Source: Octopus vulgaris
Taxonomy: Eukaryota
NCBI GenBank assembly: GCA_951406725.2
Contig: OX597825.1
Span: 28,768,001 to 28,832,000 of the forward strand
DNA length: 64,000 nucleotides
Direction: 5' to 3'
Shown here: piece by piece, positions 1-13,688 of the stretch
How positions within the stretch are numbered: position 1 is the stretch's first letter
Layout: every line of letters begins with the position of its first letter
The notes under the pieces: generated by a model
Databases searched by the model: none
The model's input: only the letters and a program-made list of their open reading frames with translations
Told to the model about the DNA's origin: nothing
Program-made: the position numbers and the translations under genes

Positions 1-53
1 AGAGAGAGAAGTGAGAGAGAGGATTAAAAGAAAGCAGGAGGGAAAGGAGACGT

Positions 54-117
<64 letters not shown>

Positions 118-258
118 GCAGAAGAGTGAGAAATTGAGGGAGAGAAGACGTTGATAGTTAGACTAAGGATAAGAGAGGGCTAGAAAAGGAAATTATATAT
201 TGAAAGTGGTTGCAAAGGGAACAATAGAGCGGATTGAGAGAGAGAGGGAGAGAGAGAA

Positions 259-297
<39 letters not shown>

Positions 298-460
298 AAT
301 AAAGGGTGAGGATGTAATGGAAGGGGTCGTAAGAGGAGTATACAGAGAATGAAATGGGGAGAGAGAGAGGGAGAATGACAGTTAGTGCTAGAGAGAGGGC
401 GAGAGAGAGAGAGAGACGGAAAGCTACAGGAAGAGACGGAGAGATTGAGAGAGAAGTAAT

Positions 461-504
<44 letters not shown>

Positions 505-700
505 AAGAAAGAGCAAGTGGTTATGGTAGATGGAAAGTAAGAGGAAAATAACCTGAAAATTCGAAGCGTGAAGGTGCGTGAGAGAAAGATGGATAGAAAA
601 AGCGTTGCCTAGAAACTAAAGAAAGAAAAACTAGGAAAGAGAGATAGATAGAGAAAGAGAGAGAGTGTCATAGTGGGAGAGTAGTAAGTGAATGAAGAGT
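1..700. repeat. Polypurine (AG)n/(AGAT)n microsatellite-rich tract
   Basis: (AGAT)n at ~57-117 and (AG)n runs at ~236-292 and ~464-499; very few pyrimidines on +. Confidence 0.95.
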
Positions 701-959
701 TTTCAAAATGGGTGAAAGCAGGGAAGCGAAATGTAAGAGAGGAGAAGTCGGGATGGAAAGTGCATGGATTGTGATATGATAGGCAAATTCTCATGAAATA
801 GAATCGATGGATTATCTCTCGACATTATTCTGAAATAAACTCAGAAATATTTAGAATTCAGCAGCAATTATGATAATGATATTTTGTTTTATTTTATTTT
901 AATTCAATTCTGTTTTATTTTATTGGTGGATGCTACTTTCCGTTAGAGTTTTGTTGTAG

Positions 960-2700
960 ATTAGCCCTTGGTGACGCCTGAACTAAGAACACCTACACTG
1001 GAAGCCATTTTAAATCTGAGTATACAGTATTAACGAATATATGGACTAATGTGTTCTTCCATTTTTCAGCTAAGACAGAGGGGGTTTTGGCTCCTATTTC
1101 TGCAAACCGACCTACACTGTTCAGGATCCCGGGATTACAGTTGACGAGAGAAGAGCAGGTTTATGGTATGTAGCGTTCCAGCCGTGACCAAACCATATCT
1201 TTCGTAAGCACAATGCATACTGAACGGTGACCCACATCGCTAAATGTGGTTTCCTAAAATGGAGAGGGCAATTTGAAAGGGATTTAGCAGCAATTTCAAT
1301 CATTAGAATGGTTTCGTTTCCATAGGTGCTGCTTTTGGGTTGTTATTGTTGCTACTGTTGCTGTCGTTGCAGGCTTTTGTTGTTCTTTTTGCTGGTATTG
1401 TCGTTTCTACTGTTGCTGCTATCGCTGCTGGTCTTCTTCTTCTTCTTCTTCTTCTTCTTCTTCTTCTTCTTCTTCTTCTTCTTCTTCTTCTTCTTCTTCT
1501 TCTTCTTCTTCTTCTTCTTCTTCTTCTTCTTCTTCTTCTTCTTCTTCTTCTTCCAATCAGGACTCACGCTATTAGCACCAAAGAATAATCTCTAATTCGA
1601 GCCTACTAACAATGCTTGCGGCAACTTAATGTGGCGGTAGGATGTGATGTGATGTGATGGTGATATTGCTGCTATATTTTGCAGATCAAATGACTATGTA
1701 GAAACTCCGCCGCTGGTTCTTAATTCTTTATACGGTTCTGTGTGCTGATATATTGTGCTATAAGTGCCGCAGTTAAGTAAACTTAGCTCAAACTTCTGAT
1801 TCGGCCCGTGTGGTGTTATTAATTTGGGTCCTGTCGGTCTTTGTTGAAGGAACTTATGATTAATGACGTTCCAGCGGTGAGATTTTGTATTTTATTCCTT
1901 TATCTTTCACCACAATTTTCAATGTGCTCTCCACTTTCAGAAAAACCTTTTTGCATGTGTAATTAAAGATTGATCTCCTGTGCATCTGAATAGAATCTCA
2001 CGCTCTCGTTGCTTTGCAGTTACTGTTGCTGTACTTGTTGCAGTTATTTATTTCCTCACTCGTTCCTGATAGAGCAGACACATCAGAGATGTTCCAACCG
2101 TGACCATCTTAAGTTATTTAATGGTGTGTCTCGGAATGCATTGTCCAAAGTCTTCTCTCTTTACTTAATATGGCAGTGAGATTTTAGAAAATTTTGCTGC
2201 TATTTCCAGCCGGTGAAAATGACCACTAAGAGGCGCCCTCGTTGTCTTGACATATTTGCCATGATGCGGGGCAGAAAAGATTGTAATTGCATTTAATTCA
2301 GTGGTACGGTGTTTTTGTTCGTTTTGCTATTTAGAACCCAAATCAGCCTTGACCAACACAAACCAATGAACAAAAGCATTCCGACCATGATCACACCAAC
2401 TTTATTTCCAGATATTTAGCACTAAATGCTAAATACCTATTATGTCTTTGTTTAAGGCAGCAAGGTCTGGTTTGGGGGAAATACTGCCAGCTATGTCTAC
2501 CAGTTCGAGCAAGCACGTATAGGTACAATCGTTGTTTGTTTCTTTGTTATTATTGTTGTTGTTGAGTTCCAAATCGATTCTGATCAGGGCATTTTAGCCA
2601 TGACCAACCTACTTTTGCTTCCTAATTGCAGAAAACCAACGTGTCCTTTAAAAAAAAAAAACGGAGGGTGTGATTCTGGGCGCAGCATTGCTGCATGGTT
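960..2700 (+). repeat. Cluster of degenerate copies of an old interspersed repeat
   Basis: Motif ttcca(g/a)ccgtgacc-like recurs at ~1176, ~1869, ~2092, ~2379, ~2592, usually followed by a gctgctatttc-like motif; further remnant near 3985-4040. Confidence 0.5.
1434..1553. repeat. (TTC)n microsatellite, about 40 units
   Basis: Direct reading; source of the poly-F/L/K ORFs. Confidence 0.98.
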
Positions 2701-3252
2701 AAGAAGTTCACTTCGCAATCTCGATTTCCTGAGTTCGTTTCCACTGCATGTCATTTTGCGTGACTTTTACCATAGTATCAACTCAACCCAAACCATGTGA
2801 GCGAAACTCAGTGAAGGAAACTGTATAGAAGCCTATTGAATGGATTATGCTTAGAATTCAAATACTCTGCTTCCTCGTACTCTGTGTTACACGGATTCTA
2901 CCGAAGGCGAACACTAAATGGGTGAAGGCTGCACTGGATTAACTGTTAAGCAAAATAAGCACGACTTAGAGCATCAACTGAAAGGAGCACCACAGAAATG
3001 GTAAATAGCTTACGACACAAAAGAAATCACCTTAAACTTACTGAAATAATATTCGAAGTGGTTTACATGATTGGAAATATAATTCCGAAGTGTTCATAGT
3101 GAGGATTTGATTAGAGGCATTGCAATTAAAAAGATAGAGAAATTTTTTCAAATACAAACAAATTGGAAGTATACAAAAATAAACATTATTTTCCATCTTA
3201 CTGTTAGCTTTATCTTATTTTGAAAAATAAACATTCACTTTATTGTTTCTTA

Positions 3253-3495
3253 TTCTTTTACTCTTTTACTCTTTTAATTGTTTCAGTCATGTGGCTGTGG
3301 TCATGCTGGAGCACCACCTTTAGTCGAGCAAATCGACCCTAGGACTTATTCTTTGTAAGTTTAGTACTTATTCTATCGGGTCTCTTTTGCCGAACTGCTA
3401 AGTTACGGGGACGTAAACACACCAGTATCGGTTGTCAAGAGATGTTGTGGGGGGGAGGGACAAACACAGACACACAAACATACACACATGCATTT

Positions 3496-3544
<49 letters not shown>

Positions 3545-3724
3545 TATACATACATACATACGACGGGCATCTTTCAGTTTTCGTCTACCCAATCCACTCA
3601 CAAGGCTTTGGTCGGCCCGAGGCTATAGTAGCAGACACTTGCCAAGCGTGCCACGCAGTGGGACTGAACCCAGAACCATGTGGTTTGTAAGCAAGCTACT
3701 TCCCACACAGCCACTCCTACGCCT
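3253..3724 (-). mobile_element. SINE family A (tRNA-like head, CORE-like block, internal TA/CA microsatellite, CR1-type tail)
   Basis: Minus strand starts aggcgtaggagtggctgtgtgg (A box) ... ggttcagtccc (B box) ... ttggcaagtg; ends ggtggtgctccagcatg..cag..tgactgaaac plus (aagagta)n; seven clear copies in window. Confidence 0.9.
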
Positions 3725-4954
3725 GTTTACATTTTATTGCTTACATTTTATTGTTTACATTTTGAATTTCATGTCTGACGGGGCACCAAAATCTTTTAAG
3801 TACTTTGGGCCTCCACGGGTCTTGATACAGTTCTGGATGAAGGGTACACATGAAAGAGGAAGACTCAGTAACTTCAAGGCCAATTCAATAAATAGTTTGT
3901 TCAATTGAGCAAACAGCTGGAATATGCAACATCAAAATCAACGGAGATCCACTTAATTTTATTTACTGTTAAATTTGAGGGAAATTTGGTTGCTATTTCT
4001 AGTACGTTGTCTGATCGGTTACAAGAACCCTCGCTGGCGACGTGGCATCGTATAGTGCGATGCGGTAAGGTGCGGTGTGGTGTTGTAGAATATATTATGG
4101 AACGATGTGTGGGTGCTGATTTGTGTCTAAGCTTAGATGGAGCATTCTCGACGGTGGACATCATAAAGCGATTCATCATGATTGGTTACAAAGCCTATGA
4201 TGTAAAGAGCGTCGATTAAAGCGAACCAAAATGAATTATAAATTACAGGAAACACGAATGAGATAAGTGCTATAAGCGAGCGTTTGACACGGTTCTCCGC
4301 CATATTAGTTCAACACAAATTTGTTTTTTCCACTCGTCTTTTTTTGCTTTGTGTTTTCTTTTTGTTATTTTGTTTGCCTATTTGGTTTCGTTTTTCAGCA
4401 TCAGAAGGCAGTTTTTATTTTTTAAATTTATTTCTGGCTTTTCATTTTTGTTTTGTTATTGCTTGTTTGCTTGTTTTTATTGCTATTTGCGCATACAGGT
4501 ACGTGTACATGTGAACATACACACATTCATCATACACACCGTATATTTGTATTTATTTATTTATTTATTTACTTATTTATCTATCATTCTTCTGCTTTAT
4601 TTCACGCTCCATTTCTTCCCCTCCTGTATTATATACTCACAAACATATAGACTCACGTATACATATATTCATCCATATTTACATATACTTACATTCGCAC
4701 GCACACTCACACACACACACGCACACACACATACAATTAATTATAGGCACATGAACAAAAGTTTACACATATTTGTATATACGCATACATGTTTTAGTTT
4801 ATATACGTGTATATAAGCCATAGGCACACATGCGTACATACATACATATATACATATATATATACATACATATGTACATAAATACACACATATATACATG
4901 CGTGCATGCATACACATTAACACACACACATATATACAGACACATACTTATGTA

Positions 4955-5044
<90 letters not shown>

Positions 5045-5455
5045 TGTGTGTGTGTGTGTTTGTGTGTATGTGATATGGTATAGTATAATGTAACATGATA
5101 TAAGAATGTAGTGTAATACTATATATATGTATATAATTATATATACACTGATATGTGTTTATCCAAAATACAAATAGACATATGGCCCTTTATGCAAATA
5201 TTTATGCTCGTGTATACGTGAATAGAAATGTGTGCATATATATGCATATGTTTGTACAAATACACGTATACATAGATACGTACAAACATACCTACATACA
5301 TGTATATATGTATGTATAAATAATGCGCCCACGCACCACCTCCCTAACTGTGTACGTCAGTTCAGCTCTAATGTTTAATGACGAATGACGTTATTTGCCA
5401 ACTAGATCAATCAATCTAGATTTGTTTCTTTCCTTCTATCTATCTATCTATCTAC

Positions 5456-5538
<83 letters not shown>

Positions 5539-6116
5539 GCGATCTATCTATCTATCTACTTATCTATCGATATCTCCTCCCATTTCACTCTCTTCTTTGG
5601 TGTCCAAATGCGTAAAAGGGGCTTTATCATACCACTGACAATCGTAATACCTCATTCTGAGATAACATTGAACATGGCAACCAAACTTCACACTGCAAGG
5701 TCCGCCATGCTTCTAATTATATATGCAGATGGCGCGAAATAGATGCTGTGAATGCAGTTACGTAAAAAGCTAGCTAATAGGAATTGGTAAATATTGGCAG
5801 AACAATTACCAAGGTATGAAGTCCATAGAAATAGTATATCATTTGTCGGAATTAAACGAGGATTAAAAAGAGACTGAAAAACAAGAAAATTTGCATGTAT
5901 TTTCCTTTGTTTTATTTACTTTTTTTTTTTGTTTTTTCACGCGTCAGTATGGTTTCTTATGATCTCATTCTCTTTCTTTCTGGTTCTGTTTATTATTTTC
6001 TGTCTGTTTTTACGCATGTATGTACTGGGATGCTGTGAGCATACCTATATACATCCATACACACACACAAACATGACCAGACACTTGCGCAAATGTATAT
6101 TTTATATATAGATACG

Positions 6117-6150
<34 letters not shown>

Positions 6151-6151
6151 T

Positions 6152-6478
6152 GAGACCTCCTTCGGTCATGACTGATCGAGGGATTGCAGCTAGAATGTTA
6201 CCCTCCCAAGTACACGTCCGGGCAAGGTTGTTAATGGAAGACCAGTAGTCGCCCATGCATACCGGCCTCCCCTCTCCACGCCACTAGTGTTATCCAAGGG
6301 AAAGGCAAGGGCCAATACAGCTTGGCACCTGTGACGTCGCAACTCATTTCTACAGCTGAGTGAACTGGAGCAAGAACAGATGTCTTGCTCAAGAACACAA
6401 TACGCAGCCCCGTCCGGGATTCAAACTCACAACCTCACGATCGTAAGCTCGACGCTCTAACCACTGAGCGATATGCTT
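6152..6478 (-). mobile_element. SINE family B (tRNA-derived head, gtgttcttgagcaag core, RTE-like tail)
   Basis: Minus strand gctcagtggttagagcgtcgagcttacgatcgtgaggttgtgagtttgaatccc; close copy at 41515-41851. Confidence 0.85.
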
Positions 6479-6525
6479 TTATACACGCACGCACACACAC
6501 ACACACATACATATATATACATACA

Positions 6526-6756
6526 AAGGCGGCGAGCTGGCAGAATCGTTAGCACACCGGCCGAAATGCTTAGCAGTATTGCATCTGTCGTTGCGTTCTG
6601 AGTTCAAATTCCGCCGAGGTCGACTTTGCCTTTCATCCTTTCGGGGTCGATAAATTAAGTACCAGATACGCACTGGGGTCGATGTAATCGACTTAATCCG
6701 TTTGTCTGTCCTTGTTTGTCCCCGCTATGTTTAGCCCCTCGTGGGCAATAAAGAAA
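6526..6756 (+). mobile_element. SINE family D
   Basis: aaggcggcgagctggcagaatcgttagc head, gagttcaaattcc B box, gcctttcatcctttcggggtcgataaa core (resembles Nin/Sauria-type central domains), tail gtgggcaataaagaaa; many copies. Confidence 0.85.
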
Positions 6757-6940
6757 CACATATATATATATACATACATACATTAATAAATACATGTATG
6801 TTTGTATGTATTCGTGTGCGTGTGTGTGTGCATCGGCTGGGAAACTGAGTTTTATTATTTTGTGTTTAGTAATGGCGATTAGATCAAAGTAGTATTTTGT
6901 TAGATATAAAGTTGTTTATCAAAAGCAACAATTATTATAA

Positions 6941-7114
6941 TACTCTTTTACTTGTTTCAGCCATTTTCGAGCCACCGCCTTTAGTCGAGCAAATCGATCC
7001 CAGGACTTATTCTATCGGTCTCTTTTGCCGAACTGCTAAGTTACGGGGTCGTAAACGCACCAGCATCGGTTGTCAAGCTAAGTTCGAGGAACGAACGCAG
7101 ACACACAAACATAC

Positions 7115-7176
<62 letters not shown>
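6941..7176 (-). mobile_element. SINE family A, 3' half (split by LINE insertion)
   Basis: Matches the tail half of 3253-3724; continues after the LINE at 9330-9529. Confidence 0.85.
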
Positions 7177-7177
<1 letters not shown>

Positions 7178-9324
7178 ACCGGCTCCCTAAAAAGAAAAAA
7201 ACACTCATCAGGCGCATCAAAAGACTCAACAAAAAAATCAACCAATTAAAATATTCCCACACGCAACATCCACATTCAACAACAATGAAAAGACTAGAGC
7301 TGGAAAAACTTCATCTGCAGACTAACATGAAAACCGCCATTGAAAATCAAAGAGCTGTGGAGGAACAATGGGTAATCAAAAACATCAAACAAAACCCAAA
7401 AGTGTTCTATTCTTATGCAAATAAGCATAGAACCACTGTCTCACCTATTGGGCCATTGATTGATGAAAACGGCATTCCCCAACACGATGCTAAAGAAATG
7501 GCAGAAATACTGCAGAAACAATATTGCTCTGTCTTCAGTGTTCCCACTGATATTGATGTGAGGGAAACGAACGAAGCTGACTCCCAACACAAAATCGCAG
7601 ACATAACCTTCACTGCCACCGACATCGTAGCAGCAATAAATGAGGTCAAACATTACTCTGCTGTAGGCCCTGATAGATTTCCCGCCAGTCTCCTGAAGGA
7701 ATGTAGATATCAACTTGCAGTCCCTCTGACCAACCTCTGGAGAAACTCGTTAGACGCAGGTTATATACCGAAAAAGTTTCTATCCCAGTCGGTCATCCCG
7801 GTTTTCAAACAGGGAAACAGATCCCTCGCAGTCAACTATCGCCCAATCTCACTCACCTCCCACATCATTAAAGTGTTTGAAAGAGTGTTAAGATCAAGGA
7901 TAGCTGACTTCCTGGAGACCCACAAACTCCTAAATTCAAATCAGCATGGCTTTCGCTGTGGCAGGGACTGTCTAACACAGCTCTTACACCACATTGAAGA
8001 TGTACTCAAAGCCTTGGGAACAGGTTCGAACTCTGACGTCATATACCTTGACTTCAGTAAAGCGTTCGACAGGGTAGACCATAACATCCTACTCTCAAAA
8101 TTGGCAAATGTTGGAATCCGTGGAAAAGTTCTACACTGGATTCAGTATTTCCTAGCGAATAGAACACAACATGTTGTAGTTGATGGAGTCCACTCAAACC
8201 CAGCAAAAGTCACCAGCGGTGTTCCCCAGGGAACTGTTTTGGGTCCGCTACTCTTCATAATTTATGTAAACGACCTTTCCAGTGTCGTACATCACTGCAA
8301 AGTGAAAATATTCGCTGATGACACTAAGCTCCAGCAAATCGTCAATGAAGAAGCAGACCGAACTCAACTCCAGTCTGACCTATATGCTGTGAGTCAATGG
8401 GCAGACAGAAACAAAATGCAACTGAATGAGGGAAAATTTGAGCTGATGCATTTTGGAAGAAATTCCTCACTAAAACAACCATACTCTCTTCCTTCAGGGG
8501 AACCGCTCACAGCCTCTAACAATATCAGAGACCTGGGTGTAATTGTTGATGACGATCTCAGTTGGAGTGCACACATCAACAAGAAGGTCGATACAGCTCG
8601 TAGGATGAGTTCCTGGATCTTAAGAACTTTCCGGTCCAGAGAACAAGGTGTCATCATACCACTTTTTTCATCCTTTGTACGGCCACACCTTGAATACTGC
8701 TGCCCACTGTGGTCTCCTCACACAAGACAAAACATCTCCAGAATTGAGTCACCCCAGAGGGCTCTCACTAAACAAATTGAAGGCATGGCTGCTCTCGACT
8801 ATTGGGATCGCCTTAAAGCCTTGAAACTTTACTCCTTCCAGCGTCGCCGTGAGCGGTACATCATTTGTACGATGTGGAAAATATACCGCCAACTTTGCCC
8901 AAACGACCTAAACATTAGCTTCAAGGTTCATCCGAGACTTGGACCACGGGCTATACGTCCCCTGCCAAATTCAAGATCACAACATACATGTACACTGCAA
9001 CATAATTTCTTTTCCTCAACAGGCCCTGCCCTATTTAACATTGTCCCGAGGGAGATCAAAGAGGAAAAGGATCCCATCAACTTCAAACAGAGTCTGGATA
9101 GATTCCTTCAAAGAATACCAGATAAGCCACCCATAATTGGATACAACTCACCCAACAAGAACTCACTACTTGAACAAAACTGGATACAACTCACCCAACA
9201 AGAACTCACTACTTGAACAAAACTTGACTTAAACAGGATTCGAATAATCCTATCAGGTGGTGCTATTAAGTTAGACATGGCCTGGACCAATCTCTGGTCG
9301 AAACATATCTAAGTTTTATCTAAG

Positions 9325-9329
<5 letters not shown>
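7177..9329 (+). mobile_element. 5'-truncated CR1-group (CR1/Zenon-like) LINE inserted in (TA)n
   Basis: Flanked by (TA)n on both sides; RT ORF; 3'UTR with ggtggtgc..catggcc, hairpin gacca-atctc-tggtc, gaaac and a tatctaagttt x2 tail. Confidence 0.92.
7285..9216 (+). CDS. LINE ORF2 fragment: reverse transcriptase plus C-terminal domain (no endonuclease)
   Basis: Motifs NYRPISLTSHIIKVFER, QHGFR, YLDFSKAFDRVDH, GVPQGTVLGPLLF, IFADDTKL, RDLGV, VRPHLEYC..WSP. Frame is open back to the junction at 7177, so the Met is internal. Confidence 0.95.
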   Translation: MKRLELEKLHLQTNMKTAIENQRAVEEQWVIKNIKQNPKVFYSYANKHRTTVSPIGPLIDENGIPQHDAKEMAEILQKQYCSVFSVPTDIDVRETNEADSQHKIADITFTATDIVAAINEVKHYSAVGPDRFPASLLKECRYQLAVPLTNLWRNSLDAGYIPKKFLSQSVIPVFKQGNRSLAVNYRPISLTSHIIKVFERVLRSRIADFLETHKLLNSNQHGFRCGRDCLTQLLHHIEDVLKALGTGSNSDVIYLDFSKAFDRVDHNILLSKLANVGIRGKVLHWIQYFLANRTQHVVVDGVHSNPAKVTSGVPQGTVLGPLLFIIYVNDLSSVVHHCKVKIFADDTKLQQIVNEEADRTQLQSDLYAVSQWADRNKMQLNEGKFELMHFGRNSSLKQPYSLPSGEPLTASNNIRDLGVIVDDDLSWSAHINKKVDTARRMSSWILRTFRSREQGVIIPLFSSFVRPHLEYCCPLWSPHTRQNISRIESPQRALTKQIEGMAALDYWDRLKALKLYSFQRRRERYIICTMWKIYRQLCPNDLNISFKVHPRLGPRAIRPLPNSRSQHTCTLQHNFFSSTGPALFNIVPREIKEEKDPINFKQSLDRFLQRIPDKPPIIGYNSPNKNSLLEQNWIQLTQQELTT

Positions 9330-9394
<65 letters not shown>

Positions 9395-9529
9395 CGACGG
9401 GCTTTCAGTTTCCGTCTACCAAACCCACTCACAAGACTTTGGTCAGCCCAAGGCTATAGTAGAAGACACTTGCCCAAGGTGGCACGCAGTGGGACTGAAC
9501 CCGGAACCATGTGGTTGGTAAGCAAGCTT
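9330..9529 (-). mobile_element. SINE family A, 5' half
   Basis: (TA)n then cgacgggctttcagtttccgtctacc...gggactgaacccggaaccatgtgg; completes the copy at 6941-7176. Confidence 0.85.
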
Positions 9530-9713
9530 AACAAAACCAACAGCAGTAATAACAGCTACCTAATACTTCTACAGTATTATGATTGCTGTTGTTATATATT
9601 TCTTTTGTTGTTGCTGAAGCTTTGGATGTACACAGCAAAATTAAACCTATATAGAGGTTAATAATACTATTATTTTGAAATTTTGGACTAAGGACAGCAA
9701 TTTTTGGGAGGGG

Positions 9714-9882
9714 TTAAGTCGATTACATCGACCCCAGTGCTCAGCTGGTAATTATTTTTATCGACTCTGAAAGAATGAAGGGTAAAAATCGACGTTGGAG
9801 AGATTTGAACTCAGAACGTTAAGACGGACGAAACGCCTCTAAACACTTTGTTCGGCATGCTAACGATTCTGCCATCTCGCCA
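9714..9882 (-). mobile_element. SINE family D, degenerate
   Basis: aagtcgattacatcgaccccagtg ... gctaacgattctgcca. Confidence 0.75.
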
Positions 9883-9890
9883 CATAAAGA

Positions 9891-9968
<78 letters not shown>

Positions 9969-9969
<1 letters not shown>

Positions 9970-10385
9970 GTTGGGCTACAGCAAATATTCTGCTCAATAA
10001 CACAGATTTGATTGTCAGTTGTTTGAGTTTAACCAGTTGAGCATGTCCCTTAGTGGCTGACGATATGTACATCTCTGATCATGGGCAGAAGTAGTGGGGG
10101 AGCATCATAGCAGTGTGTTGAAAGGAATTCTTCGAGGTTTGGATAATTCACCTTGGAAACGTGGGTGGTTCGTTCAAAATCCTTATTCAGGGACCTTTTG
10201 AGTGGGATGGGTTACTCGACCAGAAGAAAATTCTAACTGGGCCTCACCTGCAAGGTCATGTGGTGTTTATCTTGGTATGAGATTTCCATGTCGTGCACAT
10301 ATGGTTGTGATGCATGTGCCTGGTGTACCCTTATCAGACGGGTAGTCATGATGGGTATACTGAGCTTCGCATATTTGTACCATAG
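9969..10385 (+). mobile_element. Repeat family C ((AAT)n-associated non-coding retroelement), truncated
   Basis: Highly similar to 29040-29460 and 48590-48975; preceded by (AAT)n. Confidence 0.85.
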
Positions 10386-10636
10386 TATCTTGGCAGGGCG
10401 AGGAATCTTCTTTGTGGCATTTCGTCTGTTTTAATGTTCTGAATTCAAATTCCTCAAGGCCGACTTTGCCTTTCAGTCTTTCGGGATCGATAAAATAAGT
10501 ACCAGCTGAATACGGGAGAGGAGAAGGAGGATGGCGATGTAAGAGACTTATACCCCTCCTCCGAAATTACTGGCCTTGTTTCAAAATTTGAAACCAAAAT
10601 TATTAGTATTATTAGAATTAGTATTATATACAACGG

Positions 10637-10662
10637 TAGTAGTAGTAGCAGTAGTAGTAGTG

Positions 10663-10720
<58 letters not shown>

Positions 10721-10750
10721 CAGCAGCAGCAGTAGTAGTAGCAGTAGTAA

Positions 10751-10795
<45 letters not shown>

Positions 10796-10796
10796 A
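10637..10796. repeat. (TAG)n/(CAG)n microsatellite
   Basis: Direct reading. Confidence 0.95.
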
Positions 10797-11498
10797 AATG
10801 TATATGAAATTAAAGATAAATGGAAGCCACTGAATTCGTGATACCTTTTTCAGTTGTTTTGTTCTTTTCTTTTATTCAAAAAAAAAATATTTTTTTTTTA
10901 CACATTACTAAACAGGATCTTAATAGCGATTTTCCGGCCTAAAACAAATAATAAACTATTTGTGGAACGGTCATTCGTGTCCTATCACTTGTGTCTATAA
11001 TTAACATCCGACTTCTATCGCTAAGTAGCTTCTACATCAAATTCCTCTGACACGCATTGAATCACAAACATCGTGTGACACAAGCTTTTCAGAGAACATC
11101 TCAGTAGTCATTTACTATTCAAAACAAAAAAAGAAGAACAAAAGAAAAAGAAAAAGAAAACAAGCAAATCTCCCTCAAAATGTCACCTTCTGTCGTAAAC
11201 AAGGCTGGACAGACACACAGGATAATGCAGTCCCTTAGATGCACAAAGAGGAAATGTCATGGCTGGAATGTCTTGATCTCCTCTTTCAGGGCTTGTTTGA
11301 AGATAAATAACAAAACTGTGAGGGCAATTGATGAGATGCCGCACTGTAACTTATCACACAACCTGACAGAAGCGTTGAGTGAAATGGCAAAGTCAATATG
11401 GAATGTATTGGACGAGTAGATCAAGTGTCTGCGCTCAATTACAACGAGGGTTTAAAAACAAGAAAAAGAAAATCAAAAAAAAAAAATCAAACAAACGT

Positions 11499-11909
11499 AG
11501 GCGTAGGAGTGGCTGTGTGGTAAGTAGTTTGCTTACGAACCACATGGTTCCGGGTTTAGTCCCACTGCGTGGCACCTTGGGCAAGTATCTTCTACCATAG
11601 CCTCGGGCCGACCAAAGTCTTGTGAGTGGATTTCGCAGACGGAAACTGAAAGAAGCCCGTCGTATGTATATATACATGTGTATGTATGTGTATATGTTTG
11701 TGTGACTGTGTCTGTACCCCACCAACATCGCTTGACAACCGATGCTGGTGTGTTTACGCCCCCGTAACTTAGCGGTTCGGCAAAATAGACCGATAGAATA
11801 AGTACCAGGCTTACAAAGAATAAGTCCTGGAGTAGATTTACTCAACTAAAGGCGGTGCTTCAGCATGGCCGCAGTCACATGACTGAAACAAGTAACAGAA
11901 TAAAGAGTA
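11499..11909 (+). mobile_element. SINE family A, full length
   Basis: aggcgtaggagtggctgtgtggtaag ... ggcggtgcttcagcatggccgcagtcacatgactgaaacaagtaa. Confidence 0.92.
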
Positions 11910-13401
11910 AACAAACAATAAACTTATCCTATGGCAAGTATTGACCAATTAAACAAAGTCATCTCACGTTGTTGTTCTGCTCCACCGAATAAAAGCAAAA
12001 CGTAACTGTCCTGTCCATTTATGGTTGTTGACCACTGAATAATCTCTTGCGTTCGTTCGTTGTTTAAGATGGTAAAAATGTGTAAAAAATTGGGAAAAAT
12101 GTATCTGCCATTTTTATCAGGCCAAGCGACAATGTAGAATCTCTTTGTTGAATGTTGTGCTTGTATAGTGTGACTGGACTTCTGCACCGACTTCGTTATA
12201 CTTATTATGATAACCATAGCAAACTCTTGCTTTAGAATTGTATATGCCTTATAAGAGGAATAAATATTCTGACCTTGGGTTTTCTATGTTTTTTTTTCTA
12301 CGGCTGCATGATAATGGTAAGAAAGGTAATCAGTGTAAAACTTACCAAATATTGAGGAAGTATTAATGGACTTTGTCTCAATCATCTGTAGATGTCAAGG
12401 ATAAGACGGAACTCGAAACCACGTGACAATTTTACCCTTTCAAATAAAAAAAATACAAGTGAAGTACGGACTACATGTATGGGAAAACTTTAAGCAATAT
12501 CAAAATTCAAGGTGTTTAGTTCAGAGTTACTGGAGGTACTGCAGGTGAAGATGCTTATCTATTAATCAATTATGACATTCTAAGATCTATGAAGTGACGG
12601 GTTTCCATTTTATTTTTGCACTTATTTTATGCAGCCGTCGTATTTAAAAATGAAAGGTATTCGTTGTTGAATTTTCTCTAGCCCTCAGGGACATTTGTGA
12701 CCAAAGTTTATCTATCTACATTCCATTTTAAGCAATATTGTATAATTCTATGCATATATTGATTCAAGTATGTCAAGGAAATATATACGAAACAAGGCAT
12801 GTATTAAATACTACCTACACTAAATGAATTCTCATGTTTTCGTATCCTTAACTCAGATTTATTTAATCACTCAAATGTAGAAACCTTATCATCTCACAGT
12901 GTAGCATTCACTTGTGAGCAAGGTCCAGCAATGCAAAATTTTCTAAACTAAATCATTATTATCATTCCCACTTATCTTACGCCTGACAACTGTCTGCATC
13001 TTAGAACATCAGAAAAATTGCTTTGCGATATTTTTCTGGCCATTTAAGTTCTAGGTGCAAATCCTGTTGCAATCAACTTTATCCTTCCTCCTTTCAGGGT
13101 CGATAAAATATACTACCAGTCAAATACTGGGGACGATGGTATTGACTTACCTACTATCAACGAAATTGTTAAACAGGTACCAAAAATAAGAACTATCATA
13201 TCTACATAATTTAAGCTGGGGAGTTAACCGAATTATTTGAGCGTCGGAAAAAAAGGGTTAGCAGTATTGCTTTTGACTCATTATATTCTGCGTTCAACTT
13301 TGCATTTAACTTATGTGAGCTTGATAAACCACCGGTCAGATGTTGGATCAATGTAAAGTGTTAAACACCTCACCTCAAAATTTCTAAATTAAAAACTAAT
13401 A

Positions 13402-13641
13402 TACTCTTTTACTCTTTTACTTGTTTCAGTAATGTGACTGTGGCCATGCTGGAGTACCGCCTTTAGTCGAGCAAATCGACCCCAGGACTTATTCTTTGTA
13501 AGCCTAGTACTTATTCTATCGGTGTCTTTTGCAGAACCGCTAAGTTACGGGGGCGTAAACACACCAGCATCGGTTGTCAAACGATGGTGGAGGGACAAAC
13601 ACAGATACACAAACATATACACATACATATATTTATTTATA

Positions 13642-13688
<47 letters not shown>

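Noticed and set aside
11435-11845. Recurrent 70-160 aa ORFs such as YSIGLFCRTAKLRGRK / RSGTEPGTMW
   Set aside because: They recur only because they are read through SINE A copies; frames are not conserved between copies.
11924-12217. 97-aa minus-strand ORF (also 34431-34682, 14739-15056, 58713-58910)
   Set aside because: No recognisable domain or convincing splice signals; lengths expected by chance.
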